Assembly: GCF_006345805.1 (NCBI RefSeq)
Contig: NC_043000.1
Location: forward strand, 9,672,001 to 9,736,000
Reading direction: 5' to 3'
Length of the DNA stretch: 64,000 bases
Source: Octopus sinensis
Taxonomy: Eukaryota
Below are positions 1 to 14,211 of this stretch, in pieces. The position numbers were made by a program, and so were the translations under genes. The first letter of the stretch is position 1; every line of letters starts with the position of its first letter. Below the pieces are notes generated by a model. It did no database searches, was not told the origin of the DNA, and saw only the letters and a list, made by a program, of their open reading frames with translations.

Positions 1-304
<304 letters not shown>

Positions 305-647
305 CAAACATGCATACATGCATATATATATATTATATATATGTAAACACACACACACATAACGTACGTACATGTGTATATACACGCATACACATAAACT
401 CCTCCCTATATATATATATACAGACAGATAGACAGACTTATATGTTAATGTTTGTTTTTATGTTCAGTTATGATTAAAAGCAATTTTACATTAGTTTGAA
501 GTTACTCTATACTTTTGTAGAGTACAAATTTATTATTGTTAAACAAAAGTACTGACAGTGACTTCGAAGTTTCGGTCAATTCTTCGAAGCCGCTGTCTAT
601 ATTATTCTTGTTTAAGAATAATTACATATGTGTGCGTGCGTGCGTGA

Positions 648-760
648 GGTATGTATGCATGTATGTATGTATGCATGTATGTATGTATGTATGTATGTAT
701 GTATGTATGTATGTATGTATGTATGTATGTATGTATGTATGATGCATTTGTATCTATCTA

Positions 761-816
<56 letters not shown>
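648..816. repeat. Compound microsatellite (ATGT)n-(CT)n-(AT)n
   Basis: Direct tandem repeats; source of the spurious VCMY/YIYI ORFs at 536-851. Confidence 0.97.
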
Positions 817-820
<4 letters not shown>

Positions 821-943
821 GCTGACGCCGCTGTATAAGTACAATCTGTGATGCATTATTAATAGCCTTTTTGATATCTTTTCACTTTATAGATTTTGTT
901 TTTCTATTTACAAAAGAAAAGCTGAAGAATATATCAATAATGG

Positions 944-2330
944 CATTGCTCAGGTGCCGAGTATTTTAATAGTTTTTCCCTCCTTGTTGTTTTGTTCGTA
1001 TGATCTTCCTGATCGCCATCTTGTATTCCTCTTCAGATTTGTTTTCATTTACATCTACTTTATTCCATCAATCTGATGTACACTCAGATGTCAGCCTTCT
1101 TCAAAGATCTTTTCACATTGATATTTGACTTCACCTTTCCTTTCTCTTTATAAAAAAGATATTGTACATTTGATAATGAAATGTTTCACCAAACTATTCT
1201 ATATCAAACTGTATCTAAGAATCGATCCTTTTGTTACTTCTAAAATAAATTATGAAATTGTCCATGAATGACTGATTCTTTCATTATTTTGGTTCCGTGA
1301 TTTTTCACTTTCATAATACAAAAAGACAGCGATGTAAACGATAAAATATAGAAGCGGCGAATATTTATCTTCCTGGAAAATAACACTTTGAATCTCAATT
1401 TCATTCGAGGATGCTTGAACATATGTCAAACCAACTTCTTATTGAATGTCAGTAACCTTTTGTTATTGTGGATTTCTAACCTTTTCAGTTACCCAACGAA
1501 ACTTTGTGGAGCTGAAGAAGTTAAAATAGGCGGAAACTGTTTATAACAATGAGAGTATTATAAGAGAAGCTAACCCCCGGACGGAGGAATAGCTATATTT
1601 TGGACAAAAGCATGAAAGATACAAATAAAAACCTCATCACCAGTACAACAAATATGAAAAAGAAATCAGTAGTGATAGTAACACATCCACACACGAAACG
1701 GTAATGCCCAAAGCAATAGTAAAAACGAGAACAGCAATACAGAGTCTTTGCTGGTAACACATCATATGGATCGTTGTTTTTATTAGGGTCACAATGTAGG
1801 GATTGTTATTATTGTGGGACCCTGGGTTGGTGGTGACTGCAATTAAGGATTAACACGAACTTAGAAAAGACGACAATTACAGCGTGGAAGATACATATTA
1901 GCCATTCAAAATACACAAAGACTGTTAACTTCACTTAGACATTTATCATTTGGTGTCAAAATGTTCGTTGGTGGGATGAAAATTTCGCCAACAAATAATA
2001 AATGTTTAATTGAAGTTACTAGCCTTTGAATAGCTAATATGTGTCTTCCAAGCTGTAATTGTTTTAGTTTCAACACACGTTCTCAGATCATCTCACTTGT
2101 TTGGCAAGTACACCTCCAAAATATAAATGACAAGTGAATTTTATTTACAAAATTTTATATACATTGCTCAGGTGCCGAGTCTTTTAATAGTTTTCCCTCC
2201 TTGTTGCTTTGTCCGTATGATCTTCCTGATCGTCATCACGTATTCTTCTTCAGATTTGTTTTCATTTACATTTACTTTATTCTATCAATCTGATGTACAC
2301 TCAGATGTCAGCCTTCTTCAAAGATCTTTC
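944..2330 (-). mobile_element. Decayed, rearranged R4/Dong-like non-LTR retrotransposon fragments (RT and post-RT region)
   Basis: Minus-strand translation gives VIFQEDKYSPLL (~1376-1345; QGDxxSPLL-like), FMDN (1268-1257; YMDD-like) followed by RSNKRIDS and FGE, and NKSEEEYKMAIRKIIRTKQQGGKTIKILGT*A (resembles KEYKRRLRKLLKSKLNGGNLIKAINTWA). Stops and frameshifts are present. The 944-1111 segment is duplicated at 2162-2329. Confidence 0.6.
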
Positions 2331-3099
2331 GAATTTTATGGTATCACTAGATACCATAAAATTCGAAGGAGTTTTTTTTATTAGAAGCTAGAGACTTATG
2401 AACCGAGGTATGGACCAGTTGTAGACTTTCTGCCCTAAAATAACAAAAAAAAAAAAAACCAACAAAAATACCAACAATTACAACTCCAACCTCAATTTAG
2501 AATTACTACCATTACCTCACCATAACAACAATCAGGTCAACAACAGCCTCTACAATTACATGTTGTGGTGGAATTAGATTTTGAACGACCTCAAAACGTT
2601 ATCCAAAACCCAGAATGCAGAAGAGCTCGAGAAAGTATTAGAAATAAACTCTACCGCGAAAGTAACGATTTAGAGCTGGAGATGGAAGATATCAAGAACT
2701 TCTTCCATTGAAACAAGACGAAGAGAGTCTAAATTTCCTACACAAAAATGATAATTTTTTCTTGACAGTATAAGTGAAACACTTGCAAATGTACCCTAAG
2801 ACCCTAAGACCAAGTGTAACCCTAAGACCTGGGGTTCCTTTCTAAGAAAACAAACTTGCAGTTCGTTTGGTTATTCATGTATGTGAGTGGAAATATTGTT
2901 ATTTAGAAAGATTGTGGTCGTAAAGTTGAAATATAGATAAACCAAAAGGGAAGTAAGTTTAAAGTAGACGCAGAATCTCGTAGAGAATCAACAGATATGC
3001 AACAAATCTGATACTTGACCGAGTGTACTGAGAACATTTTCTCTTTACCTTCTATTGAAAACGAAAGTAGGCATTTCTTTTCAGTGTAGTAAGTATAAA

Positions 3100-3371
3100 A
3101 TATTCTGTTGTGTCTGACGAGAGTCATTTTCTTTTTATGCCTTATAATGTAACACACTCACCGGTAAAATTTCCACTTCTTTTTTTTTTCCTAAAATTTT
3201 CGTTGCATCTTGCAACCTTTTCAATAGTTTTGACTCTATTGAAAAAGTTGCAAGATGCAACGAAAATTTTAGGAAAATAAAAATAAGAAAAAAAGTGGAA
3301 ATTTTACCGGTGAGTGTGTTACATTATAAGGCACAAAAAGAAAATGATTCTCCCCAGACACAACAGAATAT
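3100..3371. repeat. Fold-back palindrome (~130-bp arms, loop TTTTGACT); same family as 40692-40957
   Basis: ATATTCTGTTGTGTCTG...CCTTTTCAATAG-[3228-3235]-CTATTGAAAAAG...CAGACACAACAGAATAT; the arms are reverse complements with few mismatches. Confidence 0.95.
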
Positions 3372-4380
3372 GCTTCAACACGAACTCATATAAAGAATCT
3401 TGCAAACCAAATCCAAAAACGAGGTATAAAATATTATAGATTCTAATAAAACCTTCATCACACCATTTTAGTATCAATAAAAGTGAGAAAAAAGAACTCC
3501 ATCAAGATTAAATCTGTTTTTAAAAATGGTGAATACTAAGGGTTGAATTGATGTGTGTAAAGCGCTTGACTATTCGATTTTGTTTATAAAGTGGGGGAGA
3601 AAAGACTCCTAGTCTGTTTTTTCTTCTTTTTCTTTTTTGGGGGACCCATTAAATCATTTGCATATTTATATTTACAAAAGTATCAAATATATCAATAGAA
3701 AACGTATTGCCCTGACTACGCTATCCTTCATTTTCTGTCTTGTTCGGACCAAGGAATTTCGCGTGTCTATTCTTTGCCTTACTTTTGAAAATTCTCTGTG
3801 TGTGTGTGAGAGAGAGGGGGGGAGAGAGAGAAAGAGACAGAGAGAGGAAGGGAGAGAGTGTGAGTATGTGTGTGTGTGAGAGAGAGTGTGTGTGAGTATG
3901 TGAGTGTGCACACACATGTTTATGTTTGCGCTTATATTCTCCAAACTTGAGCATTTTGTTGTAATGTTTATGTGAGTGAGTATGTGTGTGCGCAATTACT
4001 TCTGTGGCAATTGGAATTTTGAATTGTATAAGTTTTTGTTGTTGTTGTTGATTATAGAACAGGGCAACTCTGAGGAAGTATTCTTACGAATAAACTTATC
4101 ACAAACATGGTCTGACACTCCTTTTTTTTCAACCATAACGTATTTAGGACTACGTTACGTTACGTGCTCTCTCAATTTTAATATGGTAGAGTGTGATTTT
4201 GGAATTTAATTTAATTTAATTTTAATTTTGATTTTAATTTTTAATTTTTTAATTTTAATCTTAATTTTAATTTTTAATTAAATGATTTTGCTGTTATTGT
4301 ACTTTGATAGAAATTTATAAATTTTCTTCTGTGATCTTTCTCTTTTGCGTATAAAACAAACTAAAAAAAAACCCTACCAT

Positions 4381-4492
4381 TTTCTTTCTTCTTCTTCTTC
4401 TTCTTCTTCTTCTTCTTCTTCTTCTTCTTCTTCTCTCCTCTTCCTCCTCTTCTTCTTCTGCCACTACAACTAAACACAAACACACACACACA

Positions 4493-4537
<45 letters not shown>
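4381..4537. repeat. (TTC)n and (AC)n microsatellites upstream of a USP acceptor site
   Basis: Direct tandem repeats. Confidence 0.95.
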
Positions 4538-4541
<4 letters not shown>

Positions 4542-4587
4542 CATGAATTCTCCTTATAATTTTATGTTTCATCTTGTTTTAATACAG

Positions 4588-4656
4588 GGTATTGCCAGCA
4601 TATCCACCGAGATGGAAATGAAGTCATACTTGTCCACTGCATGGATTCATCAGACA
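4588..4656 (+). CDS. USP-A-like: Universal stress protein (USP-A-like), internal exon: (W)YCQHIHRDGNEVILVHCMDSSD(T)
   Basis: Acceptor tttaatacAG (4586-4587) and donor GTAAGT (4657). Phase 1 to phase 1. The peptide matches the animal USP helix1/beta2 pattern WY..h.h..g..v.lvH. Confidence 0.85.
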
Positions 4657-4876
4657 GTAAGTATACATACATTACTATATAGCATTATATTACAGTCCTC
4701 ATTGTTTTTGCTCTGATCGACCAGAACTTTGATCAAAGCCATTTTAGTCACAGCCACCCCAACTATTCTTTTTTTCAATAATATTTCCGTTCTCTTTCCT
4801 TGTTTTTTTCCTTGCTTTTTTTTGTTTTTACTGGCTGCTGGCCATCTTTTCCTATACATTCTATTCTCAGTGGTGT

Positions 4877-5242
4877 GGGGAAGCACTCCGTCGGTTACGA
4901 CGATGAGGGTTCCGGTAACGTGAAATTAACGTGTAAGTGGCTGAGCACTCCACAGAAACACGTGCACCCTTAACGTAGTTCTCGGGGATATTCAGTGTGA
5001 CACAGAGAGTGACAAGGCCGGCCCCTTGAAATACAGGTACAACAGAAACAGGAAGAAAGAGTGAGAGAAAGTTGTGGTGAAAGAGTACAGCAGGGATCAC
5101 CACCATCCCCTGCCGGAGCCTCATGGAGCTTTTTTAGGTGTTTTCGCTCAATAAACACTCACAACGCCCGGTCTGGGAATGGATACCGCGATCCTATGAC
5201 CGCGAATCCGCTGCCCTAACCACTGGGCCATTGCGCCTCCAC
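4877..5242 (-). mobile_element. tRNA-derived SINE, family C (head GGAGGCGCAATGGCCCAGTGGTTAGGGC), in USP intron
   Basis: A/B-box-like tRNA head on the - strand. A 12-bp TSD TCTCAGTGGTGT sits at 4865-4876 and 5243-5254. The tail is shared with 52500-52670. Confidence 0.9.
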
Positions 5243-5906
5243 TCTCAGTGGTGTAATCACGCACAAACACAATTAAAATGAATAAAAATTTCACTGGAGG
5301 TATATTGAGATTGCTTACAATTTTGAGATATAGCAGACTACTAATTGAACAGGCTAATGTTTGTATGCAAAATCGGTTCGAAGTCTTTCAAAGAAATGTC
5401 TGTGAACAATAGAGAGTTGTTTCTTCATAATAAATTATTTGTTAGGGTAGAGCAGAAGTGCAAGTTCTTCAACCTAATGAAGGTAAAATAATTTTTTTCT
5501 CTTTTAGATAAGAATAATGAAGTAAATTCATTGATTTCAAATTCAAATTTCTAATTTCGTCTCACGCTGTGCGGAGATAGCTACCTCCCGTTATATTAAC
5601 GATCATCATGAGGGCGTCACGTGTGTTTGAAATAAATAATACGAGAGATAAATTTCAGTCCTTTACATTTCATAATCAGTCGTGTTCTCTGTGTAATCAA
5701 TCTTATTGATTCTTTCCTTATATTTTATTTATACTTTCGATAATAATTATTATAAAATTAATAAAAATGCCATTGTAGATTCAAGCAGTCAGACACAACA
5801 TAAAATGTATATTAAAGATGCACTTTGAACTATTTCTTATAAAATATTCAAACTATTTTTGCATTGTTTCTGAAATTTGAAATGCGAATATAATTTTTTT
5901 TATCAG

Positions 5907-5992
5907 CTTCTGATGCTTCTGTGAGGCTTGGAAGAGAAGAACAGATGCTTGAACTGGAGAAAGGATTTATTGATAAGATGTCTACATATGGA
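5907..5992 (+). CDS. USP-A-like: USP-A-like internal exon: (T)SDASVRLGREEQMLELEKGFIDKMSTYG
   Basis: Acceptor ttttttttatcAG (5905-5906) and donor GTAAGT (5993). The 86-nt exon runs phase 1 to phase 0 and joins the 4588-4656 and 8970 exons in frame. Confidence 0.85.
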
Positions 5993-6629
5993 GTAAGTTG
6001 TTCAATTTTGATTTTGCCGAATATTTCTTGATTTTTCACGAAGAATTTTCTTTAGTTACATATCTTCTGACTGGAATAATGTTTTAAACAGAGCTTTAAT
6101 TCTAGTATCTTGCTAAGAGTGTACCTGTTAACTTTGTAGAATTCACTTAGTGACCGCTCTTCTAGTATGTCTATGCAAGTAATACTCCCAATGTTAAAGG
6201 GGCCTATATTTGTTCCCCGTTTTTATCTTGACAACTAAAGGCTGCACACATCCTACAAAAAACTTTACCTCTCCTCTCTCAACCCCATACAGTTCAGGGT
6301 TCAATCTCACAGCCCCTTAGGTTAGTATTTTAGTCAATTGACTTGACTTACCTAGTTTAATGAATAAAGCTTTAATGAAAAGAAAATTTGGGGAAGCCAG
6401 CCGCGTGTCCACCCCACACCACGTTTATATGTTCCATTGATGTATATTAGTAAAAAATGTACAGGTCAGCGATAAAACCGATAAATTGGTACATTCGAGC
6501 AAGAATGTTTCAGGTACTTATTTCTCATGATGTTCCCATGTTTCTGTCACCATTGGAAATATTGGGAACCAGTGATTTGTTATTTGGAAACTCGTAAATA
6601 ATAATACCATTGCTCGCAAAATGGAAACC

Positions 6630-6747
6630 TGTTGTGTGGACACCCCCAGACGATGAAGTAGGCTAGCCCAATACGTAGATATAGAGGGAGAAATCTAGAT
6701 GTCAGGGATGGAGTTGAGTAGAGGTCATCCGAACGAGCGACATAACA
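6630..6747 (+). mobile_element. Short solo LTR (TG...CA), Gypsy-type family shared with 14113-14211
   Basis: TGTTGTGTGGACACCCCCAGACGATGAAGTAGGCTAGCCCAATACGTAG...CGACATAACA, flanked by AAACC/AAACG (near-perfect 5-bp TSD). Confidence 0.65.
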
Positions 6748-7444
6748 AAACGATAAAATAAAACGAAGATAACTGTGAAACCTACTTCGATCACTTTAGC
6801 CCATGGCTAAAAGAACTTTTATTATTCTAAAGTAGTGTAAGCCAAGGTTTACTCTTATCTTAAAAATAACTCTTCGAACCTTCTATATCTGCAGAAATAT
6901 AGCTCAATGCATAGAAACACAGTACAATTTGTTCATTCTTTAAAGGGTTAACTTTTCTGTCTCTGTCAACTATTGATCTATTGATCGATTATTCTAATTT
7001 CGAACACTGAGATAAAGATGCTCGTAAACAGCCGCCTACAGTGTTACTTTGAGTCATTCTCTTTCCCCTTTTCTCTGTTGTTGTCTTGACATACATAAAA
7101 CATTTATTTAATTGTGTCTGACCTGACAACATCCAAAACTAAGATATACTCTTATGGATTCCACCCGTCTCTTATCTCTGAAATGCGCTATTGCATTATG
7201 ACTAGCGGGCTGGTCTCAGCCATAATCTATCAACATATTTGTATCTTAGGATATTCTGTCACAGTTTCCGTCTCTTCTTTATTGACCCATTTATTAGATC
7301 AAACCAGAAAATATTTCTATTTTCTCTCCCTTGCTCTCTACACATATACCTTACGTTTGTGTGATCACAATGAACAGAAACTTTGGAAAAATCCTTTAAT
7401 GGAGTTATGACAAAGAACAAACAAATTAAATCATTACACATATC

Positions 7445-7665
7445 AAGATGGCGACGTGCTTGCAGAATCGTTAGCACGCCGGACAAAATATTTAACGCAT
7501 TTCGTCCGTCTTTACATTATTAGTTCTAATTCCACAAGGTTGACCTTGCTTTTTGATCCTTTAAGGATCGATAAAATAAGTACCAGTCAAGTACTGGGGT
7601 TGATGTAATCGACCAGCCCTCTCCCTCAAAATTTCAGGCCTTGTGTCTATATTAGAAAGAGTTAT
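7445..7665 (+). mobile_element. tRNA-derived SINE, family A (head GGCGGCGAGCTGGCAGAA...), diverged copy in USP intron
   Basis: Aligns to the copies at 18824, 34902 and 36237. Confidence 0.85.
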
Positions 7666-8969
7666 TACACACATCAAGGAAACAGACTTGCATCCACCCC
7701 TATTTACTTCGGAACAATAAAAGCAACTTAAATCACCGAAATCACCACAGACTCCAGGGCTAGCAACCCTTGTTGATCTTTCAGTACAACCTCACATATA
7801 TAACATTGTCAAAATTCTGTATCTTAAAAGTTTAGGCTTTATTTTCCAGGGTTAGAAAAAAATTCAGCCCTGATCAGTTGCTGTTGCTCTAGAAATCTCA
7901 AGTAAGGCTCGCATCGAGGTACTGCTCACATATCTTTGAGAGTACTGTTTCTACACACAAAAATGTTGTAGACTACATTAAAAATAAGACCCTTAGGTTA
8001 ATTGACATAATACTTGCAAACAGGATACAATGACTGCCTTAGAGATATGCAGATTCTTCTCTTGGATTTGTCTACTGTTACAACGAAGAGGCTTTTGAAC
8101 CTCAGAACTGACTAATTACATATTCATGTATACAGCTTCACCTGATACAGCTGTCTTTTTTCCACAATCTGTAGCGTATACTAAATTTTATTTCATTCAG
8201 TTGTTCCTTCGTAAAGGAGAAAAAGTCTAGAATTCCCTTTTCCAACCATGCTGCAATCATCGACAATGTTGAAAGTTTCAACCAAGCATCAGTTATCAAC
8301 TATATCTATCTCTCTAATCTTAGGCGGCATATAAAGAACCGAGTGAGAAGTAAAATATTCTTGAAGTGTTGTCAGTGTGTTTGCTTGTTTGAGAATGATT
8401 ATATATGTAATAGCAGGAATTGTGATTCTACATGTAAAAGCAAAGATTGCTGGAGGTTGGTGCAGATACAGACTGTGCCGATCATATGACAATGTGTGTT
8501 TCCTTTTGTTATTCTTTTTCTTTCGCTCTGTAAATGTTCTGTGAAAATTCTAACTACGTTGTCTTAAGTTTTCGTTAATTTACTGTGGAAAGATTGGTGA
8601 GGCGGGGCGACGGGCAAAACTCGTACAAGCAAACCAGGAATACAAACTATTAAAATTTGCCAAAGCCTATTCTTGCATGAAACACATTATGTTATTGAGA
8701 TGATTACAGATCTATTAATAGTCGTTCCAATCTATTATGTATCTTATTCCATAAAAAACAGCGCTCGTTACAGAGGAAATTAATTAACTGTATTAATAAA
8801 TGAATCTCTCAGATAACGAGAACGTATCTCAGAATATCAATGTTGGTAATTTCTAACATTGATAATTTTTCTTGTTGTTCTCATAACTTTTTTGATATAT
8901 GTTTTTATCTCTGATTAATTTGCTCCAGTTTAGCTTTATCGAAGACTTTGTCTCTGTTCTATTCTTCAG

Positions 8970-9248
8970 GTGGACGCTACCATACGTCAGATCTCCGGCA
9001 AACCGGGTGAAGCCATCTGCAAAGCCGCCGAAGAGGAATGTGCCACCGTGATAATTACTGGGACTCGTGGATTGGGGAAGCTGAAAAGAGCATTCCTTGG
9101 TAGTGTCAGCGATTACATAGTCCACCACGCCACAGTACCAGTGTTAGTGTGCAAAAGTGGAGATGACAAAGAAAAGGACGGTGATGACGAAAAGAAAGAC
9201 AGAAGGTGGAGCAGAAAGAGCAAGTCTAAAAAGGGGCACCCTGACTAA
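8970..9248 (+). CDS. USP-A-like: USP-A-like terminal exon with ATP-binding motif and charged C-terminal tail
   Basis: Acceptor ttctattcttcAG (8968-8969), phase 0. VDATIRQISGKPGEAICKAAEEECATVIITGTRGLGKLKRAFLGSVSDYIVHHATVPVLVCK matches the USP C-terminal half (GTRG-9X-GS, GSVSDY, PVLV). Stop TAA at 9246-9248. Confidence 0.95.
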   Translation: MDATIRQISGKPGEAICKAAEEECATVIITGTRGLGKLKRAFLGSVSDYIVHHATVPVLVCKSGDDKEKDGDDEKKDRRWSRKSKSKKGHPD

Positions 9249-9308
9249 ATTACCCTATTTAACTACCCACTAATCTTTGTTTCTCTAACAAACTTCCTTT
9301 TCCGAACA

Positions 9309-9327
9309 AATAAATAAATATAATAAA
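9309..9327 (+). terminator. Candidate polyadenylation signals of the USP gene
   Basis: AATAAA at 9309, 9313 and 9322, about 60-80 nt after the stop codon. Confidence 0.45.
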
Positions 9328-9471
9328 AAAGAAAAAAAAAACACAAAACAGCAACAAACAATCACATACACACGCACAAATATTAGTCTCCACTTAGCGA
9401 ACATGTCCTGCATGAAAATTTGTGTGTAGATATGCGTTATACACCTATACATATTTATGTTGTATAACTTA

Positions 9472-11397
<1,926 letters not shown>

Positions 11398-13016
11398 TCA
11401 ACATTTGTAATAAAATAATAGACTAGTTATAAACAAAATCTGCAAATGGAAGCTTTTTCGAAACAGATAATCCCCATTTCTCAATTGGTCCTCAGTCATA
11501 CTTACCTTGTTTTGTATGGAAAATATCAACTTGAGTCTGATTGAACTGACGGATCTTTGTTCTCTAGGCTACAATCTGAAACACATAAACACAATATTTA
11601 AGACACACAATGACAAACAGATGAATTATTTCGAAAAATTCCCCTATAGAAAATATGTGGCTAACTTTTCAAAACATATTCAAGTTTGTAATAATGGTAA
11701 ATAAACTAATTTTGTAGGTATATAAAATTAAAAAAAAAAATGTTCCCTTATATGATTTGAGTATATAAAATCTGTGATACCAGTTTGATTCATGGTTTCA
11801 GAGTTTCACTCTTCTACGCATATTCGTATCTCATAGTCCATAACAGCTTTTGCCCTGTAGTCCATAAAACAATGACCTACATTAAGAATTATGAAACTAA
11901 AAATTCAGAATTTCAGAAAATAATAAATTTCAAAGAGACAAAAGAAACAATCACCAATGTAAAGTAAAAATGAAAACATATATAAAATGAAAATATGGAA
12001 ATTGAGATAAAAATCAATATTAAACAAAGAAATTAGAATTGTAAAAACTGAAATTAGTCTTAAATGCGCAAATATTTCGTCAATATTAATGCTAAGCTTT
12101 CAAGATACAATCCACATACGACCAACTTTATGTCAGAATTCTGCTAATAAAACGTTTTTAGAATGATTGAAATTGCATTCATCTAGATATCATTTTATAA
12201 AAAAATTATCCATAAAATTAATACTATCTATCAATAAAAATGAGCTATGAACGTTTAAATGTTTTTATTGGCGGATTTGGTACTCGGTTAGAGATATGCA
12301 ACAGATAAGTAAAGTTTATATAATTCTTAGGTTTGTTCACAGTTTAGGATACAAATAGCTGCGGTAATATGAAATTAATTCTCAGATACAAAAATAAATG
12401 AATAAATAAAATAAAAAAATCACAAAGAACTGGGCCAGAAAAAATATCTACAGTTAATTTACGAAGAATATGCACTTATATTATTGTGAAACTTAAAATA
12501 CGGAAGTAAGAACAGAGCTGTGAACGAATAACTAATGAAAAATGTACAAATTCTCATAAAATTTCGATTGTACGCTCAGTCACTGAGGAATTGACTTTGA
12601 GAATAATACTTCAAGGCTTGTCTTTTGAAGTTCAATTCCAAGACGTTATTTTCAAATATATGCAACACGCTCCATTTGTTCAGATTATAATTTCCACCCA
12701 AATGACTAGTCAACTGGCAAAAGGCAGCATTCATGTGGATTACTAATCGGATAGTATCTCCCCAAATAACAGCAGTAAGTGTACTTAGACAATTTTAATT
12801 CATTACTTCATTTGCCGCCGGTAATAGTATTTGCAAATGAGCGTAAATGTCACAAATGTATGACTGTTTTGTACTGTGACATTTTGTGGTTTTTATGCCT
12901 ATATCAGAAATAATAATTCTTATATATATATATAAAAAAGAGTATATATATATATGGTTTACTGTTCCGTTAAGGTAAGATCAACAAAAAATAACTCCAT
13001 CCAGTGAGAGATAAAT

Positions 13017-13286
13017 ATTTAATGTATACAGTAAAAAGATAGGAACTACTAACAGTTTCTTATTTTGGAGACACGTGTCCAGGCAAGTTTTTATTACACG
13101 CCTTGTGTCTCTAAGCAACCTGCAAACCCTGAGCACATAGTCTATTCTATTTAAAAATCAGAATAGACCGTGTACCCAGAGCCTTAGGATTGCGTGGAAA
13201 TACAAGGCGTGTTATAAAAACCTGCCTAGACACGTGTCTCCAATGTGAGAAACTATTAGTAGCTTTTTTTTAATACTACGTACATT

Positions 13287-13290
<4 letters not shown>
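13017..13290. repeat. Fold-back palindrome (~130-bp imperfect arms) abutting (AT)n at 13291
   Basis: ATTTAATGTA...GGAGACACGTGTCC...GTCTATTCT-[13149-13159]-AGAATAGAC...GACACGTGTCTCC...TACATTAAAT. Confidence 0.9.
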
Positions 13291-13358
<68 letters not shown>

Positions 13359-14100
13359 CATATATATTCAAACAACAATACTGAATTTAAAAAGTGTGCA
13401 CCAAAGCGCATTGAAGACATCTTAGAATAGATATAACATTATGAAAAAAGAAAACATCTTGATTTAAACAAATTTATGCCCTCTATAAACTGACAAAATA
13501 TATCAGCTTAAAGCTTTGAAACATCATCGGCTTCTTTCAACATGAAATGGTTACATGAAATATAACATCAAAACATGATGTCTGAAATAAATGGTGTTAT
13601 GCAATAGAAACAAGAAAAAATCCACAAGGAATCAAAAACATCTTGATAATTAATGACTATAAACCTGGAAAATGGAACGTGGACTCTTTGTGATGTATTT
13701 CTTTTATTTTAACATAGTAGCATAAATAAAATCGCCAAACTTGAGAAAAGTTACGGAAAAGTGGTAAAATAAATAAGTTTTGTTTGTCCATTTTGTATGC
13801 ACGCATATTCGAAGAAAAATGGGTGATTTTGTTTTACTAGTACACACGATCATCCATATATATATAAATATATATATATATTTCGATTTGTCACTTTTCT
13901 TTCTCTCTGTCTCTCATGTGCGTATATGTACATACATAGCCCCATAAAGGAATATATACATATATATATTCATATATACACATTCACACAAATATAGACT
14001 TCATCTTATCTAATGTACCGCATCCTCACACCTGGGTAAATTTGCTGCTCTACAATTGTTATATCGCAATACTACACAGCGGCTGTGTGAACTACGAAAT

Positions 14101-14211
14101 CCTCGTCGCCACTGTTATGTCGCACGTTCGGATGTCTTCTACTCAACTCTTCTCTCTAGACTCTACGTATTGGGCTAGTCTACTTCATCGTCTGGGGGCG
14201 TCCGCACAACA
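14101..14211 (-). mobile_element. Gypsy-type 5' LTR (14211-14113) with primer-binding-site-like TGGCGACGAGG
   Basis: The minus strand reads TGTTGTGCGGACGCCCCCAGACGATGAAG...CGACATAACA-G-TGGCGACGAGG. Homology to the 6630-6747 copy ends exactly at ATAACA. Confidence 0.65.

Noticed and set aside
1511-1552. CTGAAGA...GGAAACTGTTTATAACAATG, hammerhead-like
   Set aside because: Stem II does not pair and the cleavage triplet is not NUH; at best a decayed copy.
1654-1703. ATG-KKKSVVIV... as the missing USP exon 1
   Set aside because: It lacks the D-x-S motif, hits a stop at 1702-1704, and the nearby donor (1701) is phase 2 whereas the 4588 exon needs phase 1.
2791-2832. ACCCTAAG x3, telomere-like
   Set aside because: Too short, not the (TTAGGG)n unit, and with no supporting context.
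5848-6039. Minus-strand 63-aa ORF
   Set aside because: It is the antisense shadow of the USP exon 5907-5992.
8588-8612. ATTGG plus GGCGGGGCG (CCAAT/GC box) in the last USP intron
   Set aside because: Short motifs expected by chance; no transcript or ORF evidence for an internal promoter.
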